Shown here piece by piece: positions 1-8,765 of a DNA stretch of 64,000 bases (its first letter is position 1; each line of letters starts with the position of its first letter). The notes below the pieces were generated by a model. It was not told the DNA's origin, made no database searches, and saw only the letters and a program-made list of their open reading frames with translations. Made by a program: the position numbers and the translations under genes. Origin of the DNA: an uncultured Planctomycetota bacterium (GTDB lineage: Bacteria > Planctomycetota > Planctomycetia > Gemmatales > Gemmataceae); assembly GCA_963784995.1 (NCBI GenBank), contig CAWATZ010000006.1:8853-72852 (forward strand). The letters are read 5' to 3'.

Positions 1-351
1 CAGTCCTTGCAGCCGTACGTGGTCCAGGTGCTGGCACTGCTGGCCTGGGAAGGGAACGAGAGCGAGGACAGGGCCCAGTCGGCCTTCCAGACGGGACTGA
101 GTGCGTTCCTCGGGGGCCCAGCCAGCGTGCCGCTGCCAGTGCGGGATGAGGTCACGCTGCGGACCTTCCACGCGGCCCTGCGGAACTGCGACCTGGCGGC
201 GCCGCTGCTCAAGCAGCGCGTGATCCAGGGCTGCCAGGCGTGCATCCTGGCGGACCGGGTGGTGACGGCGCGGGAGAACGAGCTGTTCCGGGCGATCTGT
301 GCTGTGCTGGGGGTGCCGATGCCGCGGCTCGCTGTGCCGCGGCCGGCTTGA
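1..351 (+). CDS. hypothetical protein, C-terminal fragment (gene starts upstream of window)
   Basis: Open frame from base 1 to TGA at 349-351. High-GC third-position codon usage. No confident homology; weak TerB/DjlA-like C-terminal motif. Confidence 0.45.
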   Translation, partial: QSLQPYVVQVLALLAWEGNESEDRAQSAFQTGLSAFLGGPASVPLPVRDEVTLRTFHAALRNCDLAAPLLKQRVIQGCQACILADRVVTARENELFRAICAVLGVPMPRLAVPRPA

Positions 352-399
352 CTTGTCCTCTTTCGGGTTGGCCAACCGGTGAAGTGTCAGCCGTCCCTG

Positions 400-1593
400 T
401 CAGGCCATGGTTGGCAGGGAGACAACGTCCTTCTTGAGGTCTTCCTTGAAGCGGGCCAGCTGCACTTCCCCGGGCGGAATCCCGGTCAGCGGTTTCCCCT
501 CGATCACCTCCGCCAGTTTTTCACCCAGCGCCGGCCCTTGCATCATCCCATGGCTCCCCGCGGCAATGACGAAAAACCCTGGTCGCGGCTCATCGACGAT
601 CGGTTTGTGGTCGGGCGTGTGGTCCACGGCTGCGGCCCAGGCCCGGCTGATCCCGAGGCCGGCCAGCGCCGGAACGAGCGCCTCCCACCTCGGCCGCAGC
701 CGTTCGTAATAGCCCCAGTCAAAGGCCAGCTGATGCTGATCGGAAGGATCGGCTGGCTCGTTGGGGTTGGTCATCCCCAGGAGGATGCCGTGTTCGTCCG
801 GGCGCAGGTAGAGCCCGCTCTCCAGGGCGAGGGCCATCGGCCACGGTTGGCCTGCCTGCGCTCCGACAGCGGGAAAACTGACGATCTGGTGCCGTGCAGC
901 CGTGACGACCGGCTGTTGCGTGGCAGGAAGGAGCAGTTCCTCCACTCCAAGGAAGGCACCGACCCTCTGGAAGCCGCGCGGCCCGGCGGCATTGACGACC
1001 TTCCCGGTCTCCAGGGTCCCCTGCGGGGTTGCCAGGCGATAACCACTGCCCACCTTCACCAGGGACTCGATTGGACAGTTCTCGTACAGGTCCACCGTCC
1101 CGGTTCGCAGCAGGGCCAGCGTGACGTTCCGGACCACGACTGCCGGCTCCACGTAGCCGTCGCTGGCCGTGAACGTGGCGCCAGCAAGAAGGCCCCAGTT
1201 GAGGGCGGGGAAACGCCGCGCCCCCTCGGCTCGATCCACCCATTCATTCTCCAGGCCACACTGCCGCCGCAGCGCGACCAGGGCCTCGAACGCCGGCTGC
1301 TGGTCCGTGCTCTCGGCCAGGACGTAATAGCCGGTCTGGTGAAACCCACTGTCGAGCTTCAGTTCCTCTCCCAATCGCAGGTAGATGGCGCGCGAGCGCA
1401 TCCCCAGGCGAATGGCTGCTTCTGTCCCACCTTGCTGCCGGATCATTCCGGCAGAGCGGCTGGTCGCGCCGCTGCCCGCCCAGCGCTGCTCGCAGACCAG
1501 GATGCGCCTCTTGCCGCGCCGCGCCAGGTGGTAGGCGGTCCACAAGCCCAGATTGCCGCCGCCGACAATCACGCAGTCATAAACCGCTGTCAT
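400..1593 (-). CDS. FAD-dependent oxidoreductase (DAO / glycine-D-amino-acid oxidase-like)
   Basis: Start MTAVYDCVIVGGGNLGLW is a Rossmann GxGxxG FAD-binding N-terminus. About 398 aa. ATGA overlap with the upstream permease gene. The long upstream in-frame extension to 2463 is a GC artefact. Confidence 0.85.
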   Translation of the reverse strand: MTAVYDCVIVGGGNLGLWTAYHLARRGKRRILVCEQRWAGSGATSRSAGMIRQQGGTEAAIRLGMRSRAIYLRLGEELKLDSGFHQTGYYVLAESTDQQPAFEALVALRRQCGLENEWVDRAEGARRFPALNWGLLAGATFTASDGYVEPAVVVRNVTLALLRTGTVDLYENCPIESLVKVGSGYRLATPQGTLETGKVVNAAGPRGFQRVGAFLGVEELLLPATQQPVVTAARHQIVSFPAVGAQAGQPWPMALALESGLYLRPDEHGILLGMTNPNEPADPSDQHQLAFDWGYYERLRPRWEALVPALAGLGISRAWAAAVDHTPDHKPIVDEPRPGFFVIAAGSHGMMQGPALGEKLAEVIEGKPLTGIPPGEVQLARFKEDLKKDVVSLPTMA

Positions 1594-2987
1594 GGCCGTT
1601 TCCCTTCCAGTTCTGCTCTCCTGGGCCGGGTGAGCCAAAGGGCCAATCCAAGGGCCAACCAGGCCGCCAGGGCAGCGTACTGCCAGGATGTGAAACTCCC
1701 TTCGATGCTGGGGACCAACTTCATGGCCAGGAGCAGCCCGGCCACGACGGCTCCGCTCCCTCCGAACAGCCACCGTTCCCACGGGGAGCGGTCGCCCGCC
1801 CCCGCGCAGTAGGCGACGCAGGCCGCCAGCCAGCCGGCTGCCAGCGCGAACGAGCCTACCTCGGCGATCGGAACCAGGACCGATTTCCCCAGCAGGCAGC
1901 CCAGGGCGGCGAACAGGCCCACAAACAGGATGGCCCGGTGGGGCGTTTGAAACCGGCCATGTACCGCCCCCAGACCCGCCCCGGCGAACCCGCATCGGCC
2001 CATGGCGAACAGCATCCGCGACGCCGACAGCAAGCAACCGTTGAACACCTTGATCAGCGAGAGGATGGCCCCGAACAGGATGAAGTTCACCAGCAGGTCG
2101 GAGCCGAAGGCGCGGCGGAACGCGGTCAGGGTCGCGGACTCCGTGGCGGCCGACTCCTGCCAGGGACTCAACAAAGCGACCACGAGAATGACCGCGACGT
2201 AAAAGGCGACCCCGCTCCCGATGGCCGTGAGCACAATGCCCACGAAATGATGGCTGCGCATGTCGTCGGTCTTCTCCTCGACACAACGTGCGACCATCTC
2301 GAACCCGGAGAGGAAGTAGGGAACGATCTGCAGGACCAGCAGGGTGGAGAGGGCCGCCCCCCACAGGGTAGTGCCCTGTGCAAACAGCGGTTGCATGTTC
2401 TCCGCCCGGCCGCGCGTCAGGCCGAGTGTGGTGAAGATGCCGAACACCACGAGGAGCGCCCACGTGAAGGTGCTCTGCAATCGAGCGCTGGCAGCCACAC
2501 CTCGGATGTTGAGGGTGGTGATGGCCACGACCAGGACCAGACCAAGCACCAGTTCGGGCAGGTAGACGGTGTGTTCGCCGACCCGGTAAAGTGGAAACGA
2601 CTCCAGCGCGGGGAAGATCTGGGCCGCCAGCTGCCCGACGGCAACCGCCTCGTAAGGGCAGACGACCAGATAGCCCAGCGACATCACCCAGCCGATGATG
2701 AAACGCACGCCGGAGGGAAACAGCGATTCGGTGTAGGCCATCTCACTGTCGGAGCGGGGGATGCCGGCCGTGAGATGGCCGTAAACGATGCCAATGGGGA
2801 CAACGAGAATGCCCCCCAGGATGAACCCGAGTGCCGCCCCGGCCGGGCCGCCCCGGCGGAGCCAGTCGTGCATCACCACGACCCAGCCAACGCCGATCAT
2901 CGACCCCAGCGCCAGGGTGAAGAACGCTGTCACCCCCAGACTCTGGCGGAGCGGTGCAGCCGCACTCGCTTCGGCTTTTTCACCCAT
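1590..2987 (-). CDS. amino acid permease (APC family transporter)
   Basis: 465 aa with about 12 predicted TM helices and APC-like motifs. 4-bp start/stop overlap with the oxidoreductase suggests an operon. Confidence 0.85.
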   Translation of the reverse strand: MGEKAEASAAAPLRQSLGVTAFFTLALGSMIGVGWVVVMHDWLRRGGPAGAALGFILGGILVVPIGIVYGHLTAGIPRSDSEMAYTESLFPSGVRFIIGWVMSLGYLVVCPYEAVAVGQLAAQIFPALESFPLYRVGEHTVYLPELVLGLVLVVAITTLNIRGVAASARLQSTFTWALLVVFGIFTTLGLTRGRAENMQPLFAQGTTLWGAALSTLLVLQIVPYFLSGFEMVARCVEEKTDDMRSHHFVGIVLTAIGSGVAFYVAVILVVALLSPWQESAATESATLTAFRRAFGSDLLVNFILFGAILSLIKVFNGCLLSASRMLFAMGRCGFAGAGLGAVHGRFQTPHRAILFVGLFAALGCLLGKSVLVPIAEVGSFALAAGWLAACVAYCAGAGDRSPWERWLFGGSGAVVAGLLLAMKLVPSIEGSFTSWQYAALAAWLALGLALWLTRPRRAELEGKRP

Positions 2988-3003
2988 GACAATTCAACTC
3001 CAT

Positions 3004-3525
3004 CTACTTGACGGTGCCTGAAGAGGTGAGGCTCATCCCGGGAGACGTCGAGCAAGTCTTGATTGCCTGCTCGGCGACCTTGATAAAGTGGACGTTGAAC
3101 TCATCCCGGATGCCCGGCCGACCCCACATTTCACGAGCCAGCGAGGACCTCCGGAAGAAATTCACGCAGAAGACGCTCCAGCAGCGGTGGGACTCCTTTT
3201 CCGTGGCCGAATCCTGTCCTGTTCCGTGGTGCGCGAAAACCAGTTCAAACAAGCGGAAGAACAGCCAGACGAGGGCTTCACGCTTCACGTTCTCCGCCAG
3301 CTCGTCGCGCTTCATTGCGGCCGAAGGGTGGTCGTCATAGATGGAGTACAGGATCGGTTCACTCAACATTTCCCGCTTGATCTCAAACAGCATGGTCTGG
3401 AACGCATTCCGGTTGCCAATCCGCAGTTGCTGTTCGGATAAGGCTTTCGTCTTGACGGCCGCGTAAATGGCCACGACGAGAGAGAACACCGAGATCACCA
3501 CAGTCACAACTTCGGGAGCAGTCAT
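3004..3525 (-). CDS. hypothetical single-pass membrane protein
   Basis: Start MTAPEVVTVVISVFSLVVAIYAAV is an N-terminal TM helix. Lower GC (about 52%) than neighbours. Confidence 0.5.
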   Translation of the reverse strand: MTAPEVVTVVISVFSLVVAIYAAVKTKALSEQQLRIGNRNAFQTMLFEIKREMLSEPILYSIYDDHPSAAMKRDELAENVKREALVWLFFRLFELVFAHHGTGQDSATEKESHRCWSVFCVNFFRRSSLAREMWGRPGIRDEFNVHFIKVAEQAIKTCSTSPGMSLTSSGTVK

Positions 3526-3620
3526 GTTGCACCCTTTCCTTGCCCGTGTTGGTTCCCGAACGTCTTCGGTCGGTGATCGTTTACTGCTGCCTATTGCCTT
3601 TTCGTTGTCAGGCACCGATT

Positions 3621-3689
3621 ATTACTCCGGCACGAAAGATCGGAGGCCGGATTGTCAATCCGGCCTCCGATCTTTCGTGCCGGAGTAAT
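3621..3689. repeat. perfect 33-bp-arm palindrome with 3-nt loop (attactccggcacgaaagatcggaggccggatt / gtc / aatccggcctccgatctttcgtgccggagtaat)
   Basis: Read directly. Arms at 3621-3653 and 3657-3689. Lies between divergent genes. Produces mirrored peptides in both-strand ORFs 3540..4163 and 3591..3809. Confidence 0.85.
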
Positions 3690-3760
3690 GCTGCCGCCGG
3701 GTGGGTTATTCTTCAGAATAGCAACTGCTTCTGGAAAGGCACCCAGGAAAGGTCGATGGC

Positions 3761-4705
3761 ATGCAGCCGACTTCCCCCCAGCCCACGGAACCGCAATCCA
3801 GCGGGACACCTGGGAAAATCCGGACGTGGTGGCATCCCTTGCTGGCCAACCTGCTGCGCTGGCAGTTGGGCGAGCACTACCACTTGCAAGAGGAAGTCCC
3901 GGTTGGCCAGAAGCCGCTGCAGATCGACATCCTGCTGCTGCACCGGGAGAAGGGCGAGTTGCCCGCCAGCGCCCGACAGATCCTGGCGGGCCTGGCGGAG
4001 CATTTCAGCGAGTACACCTTGCTGGAGTTCAAGAGTCCCTCCGATACCCTGCGTGCCGGTGATTTCCAGACTTTCCTGGCCTACGCCCTGCTCTATCGGG
4101 CCCAGAATCACCCTTTGCTGGACCCAGCCCGGATGCATCTGCTGGTGCTGGCTCCCCGACTGACCCAGCCCTACCGGGATGAGCTGCAGGCACTGGCCGT
4201 GACGGCCCAGCAGCAAGAGCCCGGCATCTGGCGGCTGCAAGGAGGGCTGGTCCTTCACCCCACCTGGGTGCTGGAAACCGAGACGCTGGCCGGGCTGAAC
4301 CATCCTCTGCTGACCTTGATCAGTCCTCCGTTCCTGAAGAATCCTGTTTCCGCCTATGAGCTGCTGTGTCAGGGCGGTTATGATAACATGGTGGTCTATC
4401 TGAGCCAGCAGATCCAGCAGTTTCGCCTGCGGGGAAAGGAGTTTGCCATGCAGCACCTGGGAGCCGAAGACGAGTTGGCGAAAGTCCTGCGCGAGATTCT
4501 GGTCACCCTCCCGCCCGAAGAACGGTTGGAAGGTCTCTCGCCCAAGCAACGACTGGAAGGCCTCTCTCCCGAGCAACGGCTGGAGGGCCTTTCTCCCGAA
4601 GACTTGCTGCGCGGGCTTTCGCCGGAAGATCGGGAGCGTTTGCGGCATTTGCTGCAAAACCAGACCAAACCGGACAGTTCGTCATCCCAAGAATCCACGC
4701 CTTGA
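3761..4705 (+). CDS. PD-(D/E)XK nuclease superfamily protein (Rpn/YhgA-like putative recombination-promoting nuclease; DUF4351-like repetitive C-terminus)
   Basis: QIDILLL...LLEFKSPSD matches a D...E-x-K nuclease core. SD aggaaagg precedes the ATG at 3761. C-terminus carries RLEGLSPEQ repeats. Confidence 0.6.
   Translation: MQPTSPQPTEPQSSGTPGKIRTWWHPLLANLLRWQLGEHYHLQEEVPVGQKPLQIDILLLHREKGELPASARQILAGLAEHFSEYTLLEFKSPSDTLRAGDFQTFLAYALLYRAQNHPLLDPARMHLLVLAPRLTQPYRDELQALAVTAQQQEPGIWRLQGGLVLHPTWVLETETLAGLNHPLLTLISPPFLKNPVSAYELLCQGGYDNMVVYLSQQIQQFRLRGKEFAMQHLGAEDELAKVLREILVTLPPEERLEGLSPKQRLEGLSPEQRLEGLSPEDLLRGLSPEDRERLRHLLQNQTKPDSSSSQESTP
4523..4630 (+). repeat. 4 x 27-bp in-frame tandem repeat encoding RLEGLSP(K/E)Q-like nonapeptides
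   Basis: cggttggaaggtctctcgcccaagcaa / cgactggaaggcctctctcccgagcaa / cggctggagggcctttctcccgaagac / ttgctgcgcgggctttcgccggaagat. Confidence 0.8.
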
Positions 4706-4740
4706 TAGTGGCCTGTTGCCTGCTGGGAAAGGAGTTTGCC

Positions 4741-4944
4741 ATGCAACACCTGGGAGCCGAAGACGAGCTGAGGAAAGTGTTGCGCGACATTGTGGTCACC
4801 CTTCCGCTCGAAGACCGCCTTTGGGGGATGTCTCTCGAAGACCGGCTGCGCGGGCTCTCTCCCGAAGACCTGGAGCGTTTGCGACAGTTACTGGATAACC
4901 AGACCAGTCCGGACAGTTCGTCACGCCCGGAATCAACACCTTGA
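4741..4944 (+). CDS. stand-alone duplicated C-terminal module of the upstream PD-(D/E)XK gene (67 aa)
   Basis: Region 4728-4944 is a diverged tandem copy of 4434-4705, including the internal gggaaaggagtttgccATG. As a stand-alone unit, aaggag acts as an SD 7 nt upstream of the ATG at 4741. Confidence 0.4.
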   Translation: MQHLGAEDELRKVLRDIVVTLPLEDRLWGMSLEDRLRGLSPEDLERLRQLLDNQTSPDSSSRPESTP

Positions 4945-5195
4945 GCAATCGGTTGGGCATCGTTCCCTCTTTCAACTCCCCGCCCCGAGTCGGTCCCAGC
5001 ACAAATGTGCCAGGATCTGTCGGAAACAGCCGATCAGCCCGTCCCGAACACCCTGGCAGGTGGCAGGCGGACAGAAAAATGACTCCCTGCGGCACTCCTC
5101 CGACAGCGAGGGGCCCCTTCTGGCCTCTCGGCCAGACTCGGACTTTTGGCAGGCAAGGCAGGCAGGTCCCTGTCCTGAGTCTCCAGAAACGAACA

Positions 5196-5262
5196 GCCGG
5201 CAGGCGAGCCGCCCGCGGCTACGCCTACCGGCTGTTCTTCTTCGTTTCCGGATACGCCTGAA
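5196..5262. terminator. imperfect GC-rich hairpin with T-rich flank downstream of the coiled-coil gene
   Basis: gaaacgaacagccgg...ccggctgttcttcttcgtttc. Could be a bidirectional terminator. Confidence 0.3.
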
Positions 5263-5295
5263 ACGAAACGGGAACGCCTCGCCAGGTTCGTTGCG

Positions 5296-7014
5296 CTATC
5301 TCCCGGCTCGTTTTTCTGGCAGGGTCACGTCCTTGAGGGTTTCCTTCTTCCCCTTGCGCAGGACCACCACCTCCGTCGGTGTCTTCGCCTTGGCGTCGTC
5401 CACTTCCTTGACAAAGTTCGCAAGGTCACGGGGCACGCCCCGGTCCCCGACTTTCAGCAAGACGTCCCCGGGCTTGACTCCCGCCCTGGCGGCCGACGAA
5501 CCCGGCGCCACGTCGAACACGAGCAGCCCTTCGCCCCGGGGCAGCTTCAGCTCGTCGGCCAGGGCCTCGCTCGGCTTGCCGACCAGGACGCCCAGCCGGC
5601 CGTGCCGGGCCAGTTCGCGCGCGTCCTGCTTCATGTCGGTCTCGGTCTCCTTGTCTTTTGCTTCCTTGTCCATCGGAAGCTCCACCTCGGTTGTCTTGCC
5701 GGCACGAAGCTCGATCAGCTTTCGCTCCTTGACGGTCTTGCCGTCGCGGTGAACCTCGGCCTCGAGCACGGAGCCGTAAATCCGGTCCGGCCGCAGGTCC
5801 GGCGTCTCGAACTCACGCCGGGGGCCGGTCTCGGTGGTCGCTTTGCCATCGATCTTCAGACTGGCGTCGGCCGGGAGATGCACCACGATCAGGGCCGGCT
5901 TACCCGGAACCTTGTCGGCGGTGGCTTGATGGCGGGCCTTCTCCTCTTCCAGTTCCTTCCGGAGCGACTCCCGGTTGGCGGCGGCTTCGGCCCGGGCTTT
6001 CCGGACCGCGTCCAGGTCTTCCCGGACCCGGGCCAGGTCTTTCCGCGCCGCCTCCAATTCATCGCGGGTCCGGGCCACGTCGCGCTTCGCCTCGACCAGC
6101 TTGGCGGTGGTTTCCTTCGTCTGTCCCTTTTCCGATTCCAGGTCCTTGCGCAGGCCGTCCAGTGCCTTGCCGGCATCGTCCAGGGTTTTGCGTGCCGAGA
6201 GCAGGTCTGTCCGGGACCGTTCCGCTTCCTTGCCGGCCTGCTCCAGCTTGGCGCTGACCTCCTTGTGCTGGGCCCTGGTTGTCTCCAGCTCCTTCCGCAG
6301 GCTGGCCGCGACCTCTTGATTTTCCGTCAGCGCCTTCTGGTTCCGGGCCAGGTCCTGCCGCACGGCTGCCAGGTTCTTGGCTTCCAGCTCCAGGGTCTTC
6401 ACGGCCGCGGTCAGCTCCCTCTGAGCCTGGGCTTCTTTCTTGGCGGCCGCAGCCAGCTTGGTGGCGGCGTCCTTGGAGTTTGTCTTTTCGGCTTCCAGTT
6501 CCTTGCGCAGGTCCTCCTGGACCTTGCGGGCCTCGTCCACGGCTTTCTTTGCCGTGACCTGGGTCGCGGCCAGTTCCGCCTTGGTTCGTTCGGCTTCCTT
6601 GGTTGCCAGATCCAGCTTGGCGCTGGCCTCCTTGGACTGGGTCTTCGCTGCATCCAGGTCCTTGCGTAACCCTTCCAGGCTCTTCTGACTCTTGGTCAGC
6701 GTCTTCTGGGTCGTGGCCAGCTCCTTTTCCAGGCTTTCCTTCTTCCTGGTCGTTTCCGCCAGTTTGGTCTGGGCCGCCTTCTCGGCCTGCATGACCTTGG
6801 CGAGCTGACCCTTGGCTTCGGTCAACGCCTTCTGGGCGGTCGCCAGGTCCGCCTTGAGCTTGGCCAGATCCTGATCCGCGGGGCCGGGCTTGGGCTGCGC
6901 GGGCGGTGGGGCCTTGGGATCGGGTTCCGCCAACCCGCCCCGGATTCCGAACAACAACAGGGCGCCGGCACACAAGCCAACCATCAGCACGTGAGACGCA
7001 AGTCTGCCAGTCAT
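5296..7014 (-). CDS. secreted coiled-coil protein with TIGR03000 planctomycete domain and C-terminal PDZ domain
   Basis: Signal peptide MTGRLASHVLMVGLCAGALLLFG. About 350 aa of K/E/A-rich heptad-like coiled coil. KPALIVVHLPADASLKIDGKATTETG...EVHRDGKTV matches TIGR03000. GVLVGKPS...GDVLLKVGD is a PDZ fold. Confidence 0.75.
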   Translation of the reverse strand: MTGRLASHVLMVGLCAGALLLFGIRGGLAEPDPKAPPPAQPKPGPADQDLAKLKADLATAQKALTEAKGQLAKVMQAEKAAQTKLAETTRKKESLEKELATTQKTLTKSQKSLEGLRKDLDAAKTQSKEASAKLDLATKEAERTKAELAATQVTAKKAVDEARKVQEDLRKELEAEKTNSKDAATKLAAAAKKEAQAQRELTAAVKTLELEAKNLAAVRQDLARNQKALTENQEVAASLRKELETTRAQHKEVSAKLEQAGKEAERSRTDLLSARKTLDDAGKALDGLRKDLESEKGQTKETTAKLVEAKRDVARTRDELEAARKDLARVREDLDAVRKARAEAAANRESLRKELEEEKARHQATADKVPGKPALIVVHLPADASLKIDGKATTETGPRREFETPDLRPDRIYGSVLEAEVHRDGKTVKERKLIELRAGKTTEVELPMDKEAKDKETETDMKQDARELARHGRLGVLVGKPSEALADELKLPRGEGLLVFDVAPGSSAARAGVKPGDVLLKVGDRGVPRDLANFVKEVDDAKAKTPTEVVVLRKGKKETLKDVTLPEKRAGR

Positions 7015-7318
7015 ACTTTCCGCCTTGGGAATCGGTGCGCTACAGGGGTGCCTATCCAATCCTGGACCCGGTTCGGTCCCTCCCAGCAGTGGTTTTCAGT
7101 TTCCTCTGACAAAGGAAACCTGGGATGCAGTCTACCACGGCTTGAGGGGCCACGTCCACAACTTAACGATGCAAACCGGAGGCCAATCTACCCCCGGCAG
7201 TCGGCCGGCAATACAATCCTCCTCAAGTGTGTTATTGTTTGGTAGGACGGGCTTCCCAGCCCGTCCGGCCGGTCTGGGAAGGCCGGCCTACGTCAATCTT
7301 CCTGACGCGGGTTGTCCC

Positions 7319-8614
7319 ATGAACCGTTGCGTTGTGCGTCCGGCCCTGCTCGCTGTCGCCCTGGCCGCCGGCCTGCCGGCCGGTTGTCACAAGGCCCCTC
7401 CTCCCCAGGAAGAGCCGCTGCTGCAGGTGAACTGGAGCTTTCCGGTCGAACGCGTGGTCACCGATCACGTCGATTTCACCGGCCGGCTCGACTCGATCAA
7501 CGCCGTGGACATCAAGCCGCGCGTCACCGGCTACATTGTCCGCACGCCTTTCAAGGAAGGCTCCGAGGTCAAGCAGGATGACCTGCTCTTCGAGATTGAC
7601 CGGCGCACCTACAAGGCCACGCTCGATCAAAACAAGGCCGACGTGCAGCTCACCGATGCCAAATGGGTCCTGGCCAAGGCCAACAACGTCCGGGCCAAGC
7701 AGGTCAAGGAGAAAAACCCCGCGGCCATCAGCCAGCAGGAGCTGGAGCAGTACGACGCCGTCGAGAAGGAAAGCCTGGCCACGCTGCTGGCGGCCAGGGC
7801 CAAGGTGGAAATGGCACAAATCTACTATGACTGGTGCAAGGTCCAGTCGCCCATCGATGGCCTCATCAGCCGGTACTACTTCACCACCGGCAACCTGGTC
7901 AATCAGGACACCACCTTGCTGACCACCATCGTCTCGCTCAACCCGATTTACGCCTACTTTGACATGGACGAGCGCACCCTGCTGACCGTCCGCAACGCCA
8001 TCATGTCCGGGCGGCTGAAATACAAACGGCCTCCCGATGAGATGGCGGGGCTCTTTGTCTCCTCGCTCGGTCGGCTGGCCCTGGCGCCCAATCCCTGGGA
8101 GATCGGCCGGACGGCGGACACGGTCCTCAAGGCCCAGGAGATCGCGGTGTCCATGAGACTGACCACCGAAACCGGCTTTCCCCACCAGGGGACCATCAAT
8201 TTCATCAACAACAAGGTCGATCCGCTCACCGGCACCATCACCGTTCGCGGCGTCTTCGCCAATCCCAAGGGGGCCCAGGGCGTCCGGTTGATGTCGCCCG
8301 GCATGTTCACGCGCATCCGCCTGCCGATCAGTGAGCCGTACCCTGCCCTGCTCGTCGCCCAGAAGGTGGTCCTCACCGACCAGGGACTCAAGAACGTCTA
8401 CGTCCTCGACAAGGACGACAAGATCCAGTATCGCCGGGTCACCCTGGGCGCGGTCCAGCCGGACGGTCTGCAGGTGATCCTCTCCGGCATCCAGCCCACG
8501 GACCGCATCGCCCTGAGCAACTTGCAGTTTGTCCGGCCGGAGATGCAGGTGGAGCCCACCCGGAAGCCGATGCCGACGGAGAACGGGCAGGGCCGGCAGG
8601 TGCTGAAGAAGTGA
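7319..8614 (+). CDS. efflux RND transporter periplasmic adaptor subunit (MFP, lipoprotein)
   Basis: Lipobox AAGLPAGC. Biotinyl/lipoyl and beta-barrel MFP motifs (IDGLISRYYF..., GTITVRGVFANP). Confidence 0.9.
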   Translation: MNRCVVRPALLAVALAAGLPAGCHKAPPPQEEPLLQVNWSFPVERVVTDHVDFTGRLDSINAVDIKPRVTGYIVRTPFKEGSEVKQDDLLFEIDRRTYKATLDQNKADVQLTDAKWVLAKANNVRAKQVKEKNPAAISQQELEQYDAVEKESLATLLAARAKVEMAQIYYDWCKVQSPIDGLISRYYFTTGNLVNQDTTLLTTIVSLNPIYAYFDMDERTLLTVRNAIMSGRLKYKRPPDEMAGLFVSSLGRLALAPNPWEIGRTADTVLKAQEIAVSMRLTTETGFPHQGTINFINNKVDPLTGTITVRGVFANPKGAQGVRLMSPGMFTRIRLPISEPYPALLVAQKVVLTDQGLKNVYVLDKDDKIQYRRVTLGAVQPDGLQVILSGIQPTDRIALSNLQFVRPEMQVEPTRKPMPTENGQGRQVLKK

Positions 8615-8634
8615 TTGCACCCCCGACATCCCCA

Positions 8635-8720
8635 CCCCGGGTTGCGCTGCGCTCCACCCGGGGCTTTACTCCGTTGGCTTCGGGAATAAAGCCCCGGGTG
8701 GAGCGCAGCGCAACCCGGGG
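8635..8720. repeat. 34-bp-arm palindrome between the MFP and RND1 genes
   Basis: ccccgggttgcgctgcgctccacccggggcttta ... taaagccccgggtggagcgcagcgcaacccgggg. Confidence 0.75.
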
Positions 8721-8765
8721 TGTGTGGGCGAGGGGCGGGGTCGGGAACATTGTCAGGAGCCAGAC

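Noticed and set aside
379-1812. Long ORFs on the strand opposite to, or out of frame with, confidently called genes. Examples: 379..1812(+), 5602..6669(+), 10401..11276(-), 12972..14099(-), 14298..15461(-), 16401..17162(+), 20282..21496(-), 25331..27250(+), 28095..30941(+), 57339..59087(-), 59886..61076(+), 61270..62430(-)
   Set aside because: High GC suppresses stop codons in all frames. These ORFs have Arg/Gly/Pro/Ala-rich low-complexity translations and no motifs, and they overlap genes with clear homology.
3540-4163. Mirror-image ORFs (3540..4163 + and 3591..3809 -) both containing ITPARKIGGRI(V/D)NPASDLSCRSN
   Set aside because: Artefact of translating the two arms of the 3621-3689 palindrome.
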